64,000 nt of DNA from Eubacteriales bacterium (GTDB lineage: Bacteria > Bacillota > Clostridia > Oscillospirales > CAG-272). Positions 18,402 through 27,796 of the stretch are shown piece after piece. The notes under the pieces were generated by a model, which was not told the origin of the DNA, made no database searches, and worked only from the letters and a program-made list of their open reading frames with translations. A program made the position numbers and the translations under genes. The DNA is taken from NCBI GenBank assembly GCA_045657105.1, contig JAZOSN010000032.1, positions 12,477-76,476 on the forward strand, given 5' to 3'. The first letter of the stretch is position 1. Each line of letters starts with the position of its first letter.

Positions 18402-19703
18402 GTGATTAGTATGAAGCGAAACGCGATAGAAGTACTGCTTAAATGGAAAAACGACGAAGAGCGCAAGCCGATGGTGCTAAAGGGTGCCCGTCAGGTCGGT
18501 AAGACTTGGCTTATGAAGGAATTCGGCAGAAGTTATTACGAAAATTACGTATATTTCAACTTTGACGAGGAAGACGAGCTACAGTCTATCTTTGAAACGA
18601 ATAAGAATCCCAAGAGGATCATAGAGCTGCTTTCCTTGGTTGCGGGAGAAAAAATACTTCCCGGTACTACGCTTGTTATATTTGATGAGATACAAGAGTG
18701 CCCGTCTGCGCTCAACGCCCTGAAATATTTTAGGGAAAAGGCAAACGAATACCACGTGATTGCTGCAGGCAGTCTGCTCGGAACGCTCCTTGCTCAGCCG
18801 AAATCCTATCCCGTGGGGATGGTCAATCTGTTGGATATCCATCCGCTGACCTTCGATGAATTTTTGGATGCTACCGATGAGTCGCTGTATGCCTACTATC
18901 AAAGCATCACCAAAGAACAAGTAATCGAAGAAATCTTCCACAATCGCCTGATGGAAGCGTATAATAACTATCTGATCATCGGCGGAATGCCCGAATGCGT
19001 TGCGTCCTGGGTGAAGCATAAGGATCCGGCAAGAATCACGCAGATCCAGAAGGAGCTTGTTCAGATCTACGAAAACGACTTTTCCAAGCATAACGGAAAA
19101 GTGAACAGCGGAAGAATTTTGCAGGTTTTCCGCAGTATCGTAACTCAGCTTGCAAAGCCTAACGAAAAGTTTATGTACGGCGCAGTAAGGGAAGGCGGCA
19201 GAGCGAGAGACTTTGAGGAAGCTATCGAATGGCTCGTCTCTGCAGGGATGCTGAACCGCGTATACAATCTTTCTAAATTGGAGCATCCGCTGTCCGCTTT
19301 TTGTAAGATGGATCAGTTCAAGCTTTTCGTGTTTGATACGGGACTTCTGAAGTATATGGCTGGCATTGATAACAGCGCAATCCTCTTAAAGACTGACTAT
19401 CAATTTAAGGGGCCTTTGACCGAAAATTACGTTCTTCAGCAGCTGATTGGTCAGTTCGACGTGGATCCTCACTATTATTCGGACAGGAGCGGAGAGATCG
19501 ATTTCGTCCTGCAGAACGGCACTGAGGTTATTCCCGTGGAAGCCAAGGGCGGCGAGGACAAATCCGCACCGACATTTAAGAAATACGTAAACGAGCACCT
19601 CCCAAAGCACGCAGTCCGCTTCTCAAAACGCGGCTACCGCAAGGACGGCTATATCACCAATATGCCGCTGTACCTTGCAAGAAGAATGAAAGATTTGCTG
19701 TGA
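18402..19703 (+). CDS. AAA-family ATPase (AAA_14 N-terminus plus DUF4143-like C-terminus)
   Basis: Walker A GARQVGKT and Walker B LVIFDEIQ; the C-terminal half is typical of the DUF4143 ATPase family. Confidence 0.8.
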   Translation: MISMKRNAIEVLLKWKNDEERKPMVLKGARQVGKTWLMKEFGRSYYENYVYFNFDEEDELQSIFETNKNPKRIIELLSLVAGEKILPGTTLVIFDEIQECPSALNALKYFREKANEYHVIAAGSLLGTLLAQPKSYPVGMVNLLDIHPLTFDEFLDATDESLYAYYQSITKEQVIEEIFHNRLMEAYNNYLIIGGMPECVASWVKHKDPARITQIQKELVQIYENDFSKHNGKVNSGRILQVFRSIVTQLAKPNEKFMYGAVREGGRARDFEEAIEWLVSAGMLNRVYNLSKLEHPLSAFCKMDQFKLFVFDTGLLKYMAGIDNSAILLKTDYQFKGPLTENYVLQQLIGQFDVDPHYYSDRSGEIDFVLQNGTEVIPVEAKGGEDKSAPTFKKYVNEHLPKHAVRFSKRGYRKDGYITNMPLYLARRMKDLL

Positions 19704-19748
19704 GTGAACCAAAACATTAGAGCTGCGAACTGATTTTTTAATGGCCAT

Positions 19749-19764
19749 GTGCGTTTTTTCGCAC
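19749..19764 (+). promoter_or_regulatory. operator-like inverted repeat GTGCG-T6-CGCAC (copy 1)
   Basis: Lies exactly 11 nt upstream of the TATACT hexamer (extended -10 TGTTATACT at 19773-19781) in front of the 19817 gene. 19747-19765 is identical over 19 nt to the reverse complement of 32072-32090. Confidence 0.55.
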
Positions 19765-19816
19765 TATGTCTATGTTATACTGTTATTGTAAAAAACAATT
19801 ATGGAGGATACACACC

Positions 19817-20533
19817 ATGCCTACACCCATCATTTCTACGTTCATTGCCTATTGCGAAACCGAACTCAATCTTCATGACAAGCTTATGGTACAAAAGCTC
19901 ACCGATCCCAATGAAACTTTCTATAAGTCCTTACCTGTATGTATTATTGATGCTGTATTTTCGATTGGCGTTAAATATCAGTCAGTTGAAAAAGCCGAAA
20001 AAACATTTATTGAGTATTTTAATCTCAATATTTCGAGAACACTTCCTATTGTAAACGAATACACGATCAATGATTTTATCAGAGACATGAACGCTTTTGC
20101 TTCATTCGAAGACGCAGCTGTAATTGGCTTCAATAACAGGCAAAGAACATCTTCCGTTAACGGCATTTTGAAGGCGGAAGCGTGCTATCGCGTTGCAGAG
20201 GTGTTCAAAAAGCATAACATCAATACTTTGGAGGATTTTAATAAGTATGCAAATAAGCCTATGCTTGATGCTGATATTCTTAAAGTAAGAGGGCAAGGCA
20301 GCGGAATTATGCTCAAATACCTTTACATGCTTGCGGGCGATGCAAACGAAGTAAAGCCTGATAGACACATGGTTAATTTTATGAAAAAAGTATTTCCTCA
20401 TTTGACCATGTCGACCAAAGACCACCCCGAAATCAAAAAGATTATTGAAGAAACCGTGTTGGAGCTGAAGCCGAAATATCCTCAGCTTACCGAGCGTTTT
20501 CTTGATGTTCTTATTTGGGATCACATGCGTTAA
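19817..20533 (+). CDS. hypothetical protein with a possible helix-hairpin-helix (HhH-GPD-like) segment
   Basis: GGAGGA RBS before the ATG at 19817. VRGQGSGIMLKYLYMLAGDANEVKPDRHMVNFM resembles the HhH-plus-Asp motif of HhH-GPD proteins (weak, by eye). Confidence 0.5.
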   Translation: MPTPIISTFIAYCETELNLHDKLMVQKLTDPNETFYKSLPVCIIDAVFSIGVKYQSVEKAEKTFIEYFNLNISRTLPIVNEYTINDFIRDMNAFASFEDAAVIGFNNRQRTSSVNGILKAEACYRVAEVFKKHNINTLEDFNKYANKPMLDADILKVRGQGSGIMLKYLYMLAGDANEVKPDRHMVNFMKKVFPHLTMSTKDHPEIKKIIEETVLELKPKYPQLTERFLDVLIWDHMR

Positions 20534-20545
20534 GGAGACACCAAT

Positions 20546-21055
20546 ATGGAAGCCCCAAAACCCCCACTTCTCGTTTACAGAGAAAAGATGTCAGAAGTAC
20601 ATACCCCCGAAGAGATCAAGGCAGCGTTCGACGAAAGCCACTATGCCGTATGCTTTAACTACGATCGTGGTCATGGGCGAGCTAAGCACGAATTGTTCGC
20701 GGCAATATGGGAGGTCAATCCCGATGCGATCATTACCGAAGCGGATCTATGCATTATGGCAGTTGAGCCCATCGTGTGGCGTGATCAGCTCCTGCTGATC
20801 GACAAAAACGGCACCAAGGAAACGGCAAATACGATTGCGAAATTCATGGCGGAATCGGGCATCATTTCTTATGAATACCGCATTGTCGACGAGGCGGGCA
20901 TTAAGGTGTGCTTCGGCTCGATTGACGTAAGAAAAGAATCCCCTGCAGTGCGCTTCAAGTGCAATCTGCTCAATGACGGCAACAAGTTACTTTTGACCGC
21001 AAGGCATATGACAAAAGCGGATAGAGAGAAATTAAAACTGAATAAGGAGAATTGA
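20546..21055 (+). CDS. hypothetical protein
   Basis: AAGGAG RBS, tightly packed behind the previous gene; no recognisable motif. Confidence 0.5.
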   Translation: MEAPKPPLLVYREKMSEVHTPEEIKAAFDESHYAVCFNYDRGHGRAKHELFAAIWEVNPDAIITEADLCIMAVEPIVWRDQLLLIDKNGTKETANTIAKFMAESGIISYEYRIVDEAGIKVCFGSIDVRKESPAVRFKCNLLNDGNKLLLTARHMTKADREKLKLNKEN

Positions 21056-21056
21056 A

Positions 21057-21350
21057 ATGACACCGACGCTTAAAAATTATTTAAACAACAACAGATGTTA
21101 TATCGAAAAAGAAGAATTTGACAAGCTGATTTGCCGTGAGGTAATTGAAAACGGCTGGCTTAACGAGTTGCTCGACTTTCTTTATGAATGCGGGGCATCG
21201 GTTTCAACAGAAGTTATCACAAAACAACTAATCGAATTTTATGTGGCAAATAAGGTTTCAAACAACAAAGAAAATGTCGAAGCAAAAATTAGATATTTGC
21301 TCAACAAACATCAAATTATGCTTTTCAAAACTATTCTGGACGAAAATTAG
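21057..21350 (+). CDS. hypothetical protein
   Basis: AAGGAG RBS; the start is 1 nt after the upstream stop; no recognisable motif. Confidence 0.5.
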   Translation: MTPTLKNYLNNNRCYIEKEEFDKLICREVIENGWLNELLDFLYECGASVSTEVITKQLIEFYVANKVSNNKENVEAKIRYLLNKHQIMLFKTILDEN

Positions 21351-21434
21351 TAAGAACAAGCCTTCCGTATAATTCACGAGGGACGAAATCGCGGTCGTTT
21401 ACAACAGCTATATCAAACGAGAAAGGTAAAAACG

Positions 21435-22220
21435 ATGACTGAGTCTAAAGATTTCAAAATTTTCACACTTACATATTCCGGAAAATATACCGGAACGGAT
21501 GAAGAGGTCGTGATTCCCGATGGGGTTAATGTCATAAGTGCCGGTGCCTTTGAGGGAAACAAATCGATAAAAAGCGTTGTCATGCCCAATACCGTTACTT
21601 GCATTGATCCTCGCGCTTTTTGTGGTTGTTCTTTCCTTGAAAAGATCGTGCTTTCGGACAATCTGAAATTTATAGAACCGAGTGCATTCGAAGATTGTAT
21701 CAGCCTTTCTCAGGTTAATCTTCCAAGCAGTCTTAAAGCAATCGGTGCCGGCGCTTTTGAGAATAGCGGGCTCACAAATATTGCTTTTCCTGAAAATGTT
21801 AAGATAATGCCATTTGCTTTTAAAGGTTGTTCGCGCATTGAAGAACTCTATGTGCCATCCGGTGTTTCTTTATCTTCCGATGCGTTTAAAGATTGTAAGA
21901 AATTAACCAAGGTCTGTTTTGAACATGGCACATGTTCCTTAGGCTATGGTTCTTTTGCACATTGCAGTAATCTTACAACGGTGTTGCTTCCTGACGGGGT
22001 TACACGCATTGGTGATAATTCATTCTATTTGTGTGATTCGCTCAAAAAAATATATATTCCTTATACCGTTACCTCTATCGGGCGCTCGTCGTTCTATAGA
22101 ATAGGCAAAAAGAACAAGCTGACAATTCAAGCACCGAAAGGCTCGTATGCAATAAAATACGCCAAGAAAATGCATTTCAAATACGAATATGTCGAAGAGA
22201 ATCCATATGTAAATGGGTAA
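21435..22220 (+). CDS. BspA-type leucine-rich repeat (LRR_5) protein, no signal peptide
   Basis: Repeated units of about 23 aa of the form IP..V..IG..AF..C..L..I. Confidence 0.75.
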   Translation: MTESKDFKIFTLTYSGKYTGTDEEVVIPDGVNVISAGAFEGNKSIKSVVMPNTVTCIDPRAFCGCSFLEKIVLSDNLKFIEPSAFEDCISLSQVNLPSSLKAIGAGAFENSGLTNIAFPENVKIMPFAFKGCSRIEELYVPSGVSLSSDAFKDCKKLTKVCFEHGTCSLGYGSFAHCSNLTTVLLPDGVTRIGDNSFYLCDSLKKIYIPYTVTSIGRSSFYRIGKKNKLTIQAPKGSYAIKYAKKMHFKYEYVEENPYVNG

Positions 22221-22234
22221 AATTTAGAGAACAA

Positions 22235-22268
22235 GCCCTCCGCAATTTTGCGGAGGGCCTGTTCGTTT
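22235..22268. terminator. bidirectional terminator between convergent island genes
   Basis: GCCCTCCGCA-ATTT-TGCGGAGGGC hairpin followed by a T-rich tail. Confidence 0.75.
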
Positions 22269-22270
22269 GA

Positions 22271-23086
22271 TTATCTTGGTCTATAAGCACCACAATTTAG
22301 GGAATTATATTTTGCTGTAATCGAACATTTTGCACTGTTTACACAGTGGCTACATTTATCCAATGCTGCGTGTTCTTGTTTCCTTCGAGCCCATACTTCT
22401 TCCAAATCACGGCGCCTTTGTGCGTGTTGTGCTCGCACGTCCTCTATTCTTCGCCTTTCTGCTTCTTCTTTACGAGCGCGTTCTTCTTGTTTTCGCATTT
22501 CTTCATCATGCTTAAATCTTGCCTCACGATCTCGTTTCAAGACCTCTTCATATTCCGCCGCATCATTTGATGAAGACAACTCTTGTGTTCTATAGGAATA
22601 AGAGGAATAAGAATTCGAGGAATTACCGTCCCCATACGCCTTATCTAAATATTCCATATACTGCTCAAAGCTATCCTCTGTGATTTTTCTTTGTTCCCAG
22701 GCGTCTTTATGGAGTTTTTCCAAAGGAGCTTCAATCGGTTTCATCTCCATATCTATTTTGTTACAAAACGTCTCGTACTCTTTCCGATTCGCCTCCATTT
22801 CATCCAGCACGGCTTTTATGGCGGAATCGTCTTCAATCGCGGCTTCCAAGGGCTTGCTTCCGTTTTTGCGTTCATGGCGTATCTTTTCCTCAAGACGATC
22901 CACTGCTTGATTTCGGAATTCGGACTGCTTTTTTTCAAACTCGTCGGTCTTTTCCTTTTTATTTTTCTTCAACTCACTGAGTCTCTTTAACAGTGAACTA
23001 ATTTTTGCTTTTATTCGCTCTTCCTTTTTCTCCGATTCGTGCCAGTTCTTTTCGTAAATTTCTACCATCTCATAGATGTCTGCCAT
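22271..23086 (-). CDS. K/E-rich coiled-coil protein with a C-terminal cysteine cluster (hypothetical)
   Basis: GGGAGGA RBS before the ATG at 23086; long charged heptad-like sequence; C-terminus CSHCVNSAKCSITAKYNSLNCGAY. Confidence 0.6.
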   Translation of the reverse strand: MADIYEMVEIYEKNWHESEKKEERIKAKISSLLKRLSELKKNKKEKTDEFEKKQSEFRNQAVDRLEEKIRHERKNGSKPLEAAIEDDSAIKAVLDEMEANRKEYETFCNKIDMEMKPIEAPLEKLHKDAWEQRKITEDSFEQYMEYLDKAYGDGNSSNSYSSYSYRTQELSSSNDAAEYEEVLKRDREARFKHDEEMRKQEERARKEEAERRRIEDVRAQHAQRRRDLEEVWARRKQEHAALDKCSHCVNSAKCSITAKYNSLNCGAYRPR

Positions 23087-23106
23087 CTTTTTTCCTCCCA
23101 TTTTTG

Positions 23107-25185
23107 TTACGGTTGAACGTCTCCGTCGCTACAGTGGATAGTCTTGCCAAGCGTTCCGCCGCCTGAATCTTTTTCCACCTGTGCCCACTGAGCAACCGTT
23201 CCTTCGTAATGAATCTCTCCGTCAATACTGTTCAATCCATACGTTACGATACGTTTGAGTGATAGTGGAAGGATCAATTTATCCAAAGCATCGCAATTTG
23301 AAAATGCGCTTCTGCCAATGCTTTCGATGTTTGGAGATAAAACTAATTTCTCTAACTTTTTGCATCCGCTGAAAGCATAAGCTCCGATACTTGTTACAGT
23401 GTCGGGCATAACAATTTCCAAAACCTCTGTACATCCCTCAAACATGTAATCATCTATCTCGGTTATTCCCGCGGGAAGAACAATTTTGGTAAGACCGTAT
23501 TTTGCGGCATTTTTATAATCTCCGCGTTGAGCGTAATTATATGCTTTCAAAATCGGCAGGTAGTTAACGTCGTATTCACTCGTGGTATATCCCATATCAC
23601 TGAGCAGCTCATAAGCGGCTTTGTAGTTGCCGCTATCAGCGTATTCAATCGACATCGCCTCTACTTCATCGATAATGGCGGTCATGATGTCTTTGCTGTC
23701 CTTATAATCCATGATGTCGTAAAAGGCATAATAGGCGTCTGAATAGCGCTTGTTTTGATACATCGCTTTGGCTTGAATATATTTTTCTTCTATATCCTGT
23801 GAGAGCATTGCATTTTCGCATTGCTCTATGTAATCTTGACTGTCTTTATAATCAATAATTGCTTCAAATTTCCCAATCGCATCGGAAAAATGTCCGGATA
23901 GGAATAAAGACACTGCTTCTCGGTAAATGGCTTCCAGCTTTTCGTTTTCAAGGGCTTGTTCACACAGAAGAATATATTCTGCACTGTCTTTATAGTTTCT
24001 GATCAGATCGAAAGCGGTAAGTGCTTCCTCAAAATTACCGCTTTCATAAAGTGCTATCGCAGATCGATACCGCTCCTCAGCTGTTGGCTCATTGTTGTTA
24101 TTCTCTGAGTTTTCTCCCAAGGACAGGACTTTCATGAGTCTGCTGTCGGGATACTCCTTTCTTCCGTGTCCGTCATAGCTAATCGCGCTTATCTTAAAGG
24201 TTGCAGAAAGCTCCTTTGCTGTTGCGTAATAAAGCGTCAAAACTTCTTCGCTTGATCTTCTGTCGATATTTAGAGTAAATACGGTGCTGTCTTTGGATAA
24301 TATATCGCCTGACAAGGTTACGATAGATGAATCTAACAAATTACCATTTGCGTCATATATATTTAAATCGCCCTTTATCTGTGTAACATCTTTATACTTT
24401 TCATTGGTTACCTTGATCTTAAATGCAGTAACATATCCGTCTACATATATGGATCTTTCATCAGATTCGCATTTTTCGACAATAGAAATATGAATATCTT
24501 TACAAGTAGAATCAACATGATTGGCACGAATTGTTCCCAAAGAAAAACAAACGCTTACAATTACAACACAAGAAATCAAACATCCCCAAAGAGCGGGTTT
24601 GTTTGTCCTTTCCGAATCGCCAAATATTGCATAATAAATATATCCCGTTGCAACCAAAAGCAATCCTATCCAGAATAACGCCGATATCGGACGCAATGTG
24701 ATCAAAAGTCTTATTGCGCAAGCAGTGGCACAGCACCAGCCAAAGGACACCACGCCGAATCCTATCACTTCGTGATAGGATTGGATTGTGTCAGACAACG
24801 ACAATTCGTAAGTATAGCCGGTATAACCGCGTTTTTTAAACAGTTGATTTAATTTAGCTCTCAGCTTAAATGATGTAGATTTGCCTACATTCATAAGTGT
24901 GACATAAAGATCATATATCTCCTTGGTTTTCTCGGTAACCTCATAGTTTTCAAGAAAATAAATTAAATCAAGAAGCTGATCTGCTGTGCCATTGTCTTGA
25001 TCGATATGTATTTTTTTGATAGCAAACACAATAGCCGCTATGCACGCACAGCACAATGAAATAATGACAATCGCAGCGTTTCCAAAAGGGATATTATCGT
25101 GATTGATGGAAAATAACAAACTCAATATTCCGCATAATATTGTTGATATCACAATAGATATTTGACCCGAGAACTTATTTTTCAT
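23107..25185 (-). CDS. multi-pass membrane protein with repeated xYKDS helical repeats and a C-terminal BspA-type LRR
   Basis: N-terminal TM helices; three repeats ending in YKDS(A/Q/K); C-terminal LRR_5-like units (ITEIDDYMFEGC..., VTSIGAYAFSGC..., IESIGRSAFSNC...). Start placed at 25185 behind an AAAGGAG RBS. Confidence 0.7.
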   Translation of the reverse strand: MKNKFSGQISIVISTILCGILSLLFSINHDNIPFGNAAIVIISLCCACIAAIVFAIKKIHIDQDNGTADQLLDLIYFLENYEVTEKTKEIYDLYVTLMNVGKSTSFKLRAKLNQLFKKRGYTGYTYELSLSDTIQSYHEVIGFGVVSFGWCCATACAIRLLITLRPISALFWIGLLLVATGYIYYAIFGDSERTNKPALWGCLISCVVIVSVCFSLGTIRANHVDSTCKDIHISIVEKCESDERSIYVDGYVTAFKIKVTNEKYKDVTQIKGDLNIYDANGNLLDSSIVTLSGDILSKDSTVFTLNIDRRSSEEVLTLYYATAKELSATFKISAISYDGHGRKEYPDSRLMKVLSLGENSENNNNEPTAEERYRSAIALYESGNFEEALTAFDLIRNYKDSAEYILLCEQALENEKLEAIYREAVSLFLSGHFSDAIGKFEAIIDYKDSQDYIEQCENAMLSQDIEEKYIQAKAMYQNKRYSDAYYAFYDIMDYKDSKDIMTAIIDEVEAMSIEYADSGNYKAAYELLSDMGYTTSEYDVNYLPILKAYNYAQRGDYKNAAKYGLTKIVLPAGITEIDDYMFEGCTEVLEIVMPDTVTSIGAYAFSGCKKLEKLVLSPNIESIGRSAFSNCDALDKLILPLSLKRIVTYGLNSIDGEIHYEGTVAQWAQVEKDSGGGTLGKTIHCSDGDVQP

Positions 25186-25273
25186 AACAAACAAGCTCCT
25201 TTCCGAAATGTATACAGAAATTATACCACATTTTGAATGTCTTTTCAACAGTTATTAGTTATCCAAACTGCTA

Positions 25274-26353
25274 TCAATTTGTTTTAAACAGAGAGGAATA
25301 ATAGACCTGATACCAATTAAGAATAATGGAATATTTCAATTCCAACACCGCAAGAGCCTTTGTTGACATATAATGCGTTTTTCCGATAAATCCGCAAAAC
25401 CAATCGTCAAGACCAAGCGTTGAAAGCGTTTGATTGGTGTAATTGTCCATTCCATGTTCAAGGTAATAGCCACACCGAGCTTTGTTTGCTGCTTCATAGG
25501 CAAAGCCCATATCGTAAAAGTAGCAATCTTTCATCGCGTCGCGGATGGCCATAAACACCTCGTCGCGCGTGGCGGGGATATCGGATAGAGAGCAAACGCC
25601 GTCTGCTATCAGATGCTCCGCGTTCTGCGTCCAAGTGTTAGTGCCGTGGGAAAGGCCAATCAGCTTCAAAAGCTCGTGATACGTTTGTGGATAAGTGAGC
25701 GCAATCATCTGCTTAATTACTTTCTCACCGCCAATACCTGCTAATTTCTCAAAATTTCCCGTCAAAAGTCGGTGCTTGACCTCGCGGTCGTTCAAGTCAA
25801 TGTCATCCATACAAACTCCCGTAGCCTTTTCGCGTCGCTTGCAAATGTTGGTCGTATATAACAGCGATTTTTGATAATGTGAGAAGGTCGCCTCGGACAG
25901 CGCAAGATAACTTTCGTCGGTCATATCTGCGACTCTGAGCTTTTGGGCATAGGGTAGATAGGTTTCAAAGGGAATGTCAAAGCCGTCGGCTTTCATTCTT
26001 TCGCCGCACGCGCAGGTGTGGTCACGCAGATCGAATACACATTTGCCGTTCAACCATTCCACTGTCTTGCATTTGGGGCAATAGTAGTGCGCGGGGAGCG
26101 GATTTTCGTCTGTCGCACCAAGCAGATATGCCACAAGGCAGGAGGCAACCGTGTTTTTGACAACCATTTGTTCATTCGCTTGCTTTACTTCGGCACGGAG
26201 CCTGAAAAGATCGTAAAAGTATTTTCCAACCTCGTATTGCATAAAGGCTTGTTTTTCGCTATAAAAGCGGTTAACGATACACAGATCAGGCATATCACCG
26301 TAAAGCTCAAATATGCGTTTGTACGCTCTATCCCAGATTTCTTTTTCGGTCAT
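25274..26353 (-). CDS. shortened PolC-like protein (PHP-domain Zn-finger segment plus downstream helical segment); probably not a polymerase
   Basis: ENPLPAHYYCPKCKTVEW, CACGERMKADGFDIPFETYLPY and IGLSHGTNTWTQNAEHLIADGVCSLSDIPATRDEVF parallel PolC segments recalled from memory (NPLPPHYVCPNCK, DIPFETFLGF, SGLSHGTDVWLGNAQELI...CTLSEVIGCRDDIM). At 359 aa it is far shorter than PolC. Confidence 0.6.
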   Translation of the reverse strand: MTEKEIWDRAYKRIFELYGDMPDLCIVNRFYSEKQAFMQYEVGKYFYDLFRLRAEVKQANEQMVVKNTVASCLVAYLLGATDENPLPAHYYCPKCKTVEWLNGKCVFDLRDHTCACGERMKADGFDIPFETYLPYAQKLRVADMTDESYLALSEATFSHYQKSLLYTTNICKRREKATGVCMDDIDLNDREVKHRLLTGNFEKLAGIGGEKVIKQMIALTYPQTYHELLKLIGLSHGTNTWTQNAEHLIADGVCSLSDIPATRDEVFMAIRDAMKDCYFYDMGFAYEAANKARCGYYLEHGMDNYTNQTLSTLGLDDWFCGFIGKTHYMSTKALAVLELKYSIILNWYQVYYSSLFKTN

Positions 26354-27339
26354 ATTTCAATCCCCGCAATTCTTTTTCCTTCTTTGGTATAATTCAAAGA
26401 TCCGTATATGTTCCTTGCCTCGTTCTCACAAAGCATAATTCTTTGCGCGCCAAGCAAGAGAGGGAGGTCGATTTCATCTTTGAGGTAGCGGCTAATTGGG
26501 ATGAGTAGTCGTTCCTCGTCGCAAAGCTCGCTACGCACATACTCCAAATCCATATAATTGTGAATGCACTCGTGATATGCCACACTGTCACGGTCAATAA
26601 AATATCCGTATGCCGTCATGTCGCTGCCATCTGTCATCGGACGTTCACCCTCGGTACAAGTAGACGTGAGCACGAACAGATCTGCAAAGGTGGTGGGGCG
26701 CGTATATTTTCCAAGTACGGTTTTTAAAATATCCCCTTTTTTGAACGGTGTCGGGAAGGAAAACCACATATTTCGGAATACCTCTTGGAAAATTTCTGTA
26801 TACTTCACGTCAGAAAGATAACGGCTTTCATCAACTCGCACGATTTCCTTTTCAAGATTGAAACGAACGAAAATCTTTATATCCACCTTTCCAATATAAG
26901 TCTTCACGAATTCTATGAAATTTGGCTGCGGTATATCAATATCATTAACTTTCATAGAAGTTACAGAGAACGAATATGCCTCTTCAAAGGTGTGAAAGAG
27001 TGTAGTCTCCTCATACCAATTATCATCAAAATACTCTCGATAGGAATATACGGCATTCGGCTCTTTCTGAAAAAATTCTTGAATCAAATAATTTTCAATT
27101 TTCATATATCTTCTCAAAAAACGATGAAGCAATCGTTGCGGAAGATTAAAACGCCCTGCGGGAATGACGCAATCTTCAGAATTATCAAGAATATTTAGCC
27201 ATGCCGTATGCTTTTCCTCAAGCGTATGGTTTTTGCTCTGCCACACGAGCCATGCGGATTCAAGTGCAGTGGGTTCGTAGCCGATCTTTTCCCAATGCGC
27301 ACGAATGTCTTGCGAGTTAATAAAATCATAAATCTTCAT
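26350..27339 (-). CDS. hypothetical protein
   Basis: Start placed at the ATG at 27339 behind an AAGGAAAA RBS, 13 nt after the upstream stop; the stop overlaps the next start (ATGA-type overlap at 26350-26353). Confidence 0.55.
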   Translation of the reverse strand: MKIYDFINSQDIRAHWEKIGYEPTALESAWLVWQSKNHTLEEKHTAWLNILDNSEDCVIPAGRFNLPQRLLHRFLRRYMKIENYLIQEFFQKEPNAVYSYREYFDDNWYEETTLFHTFEEAYSFSVTSMKVNDIDIPQPNFIEFVKTYIGKVDIKIFVRFNLEKEIVRVDESRYLSDVKYTEIFQEVFRNMWFSFPTPFKKGDILKTVLGKYTRPTTFADLFVLTSTCTEGERPMTDGSDMTAYGYFIDRDSVAYHECIHNYMDLEYVRSELCDEERLLIPISRYLKDEIDLPLLLGAQRIMLCENEARNIYGSLNYTKEGKRIAGIEI

Positions 27340-27352
27340 TTTTAATTTTCCT

Positions 27353-27733
27353 TTATTTTTGACGCAATAATAAATAATCATAATGTGCAGATCCGTCGTT
27401 AACGATTCGAATTGAAAGATTTTTTCCAAAAATATTGAATTCCGATTCAATCAATTCTATCAGCTTTGGCTCATTTAAGGTGGGATTAAGATAAATCGTG
27501 ACTTTCTTCTTTTTGATCTCCACACGCCCACGCGGATAATAATTATACAGATGTCCGTTCGTGATGTTGCGATAAAGCTTCGCCCACTCTGCTTTGTGAT
27601 TGAAATTTTCACCGGACTTTGATGAATATTCAACCGCTTCAAGTGCATTTCCATATTCATCGCAAGCAACCTTCCGTGTAATCAACCTTCCTTGCTGAGG
27701 ATCGCACCAAAATATTCCTTTATATAATTCCAT
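27353..27733 (-). CDS. hypothetical protein (126 aa)
   Basis: An ORF in operon context; features GIFWCDP and YNYYPRGRVEI segments that I cannot assign to a family. Confidence 0.5.
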   Translation of the reverse strand: MELYKGIFWCDPQQGRLITRKVACDEYGNALEAVEYSSKSGENFNHKAEWAKLYRNITNGHLYNYYPRGRVEIKKKKVTIYLNPTLNEPKLIELIESEFNIFGKNLSIRIVNDGSAHYDYLLLRQK

Positions 27734-27796
27734 ATCTTTTCATACACCTTCTCACATTTTTTCATTGATATTGAACCTTGAATCAGCATCGTAATA

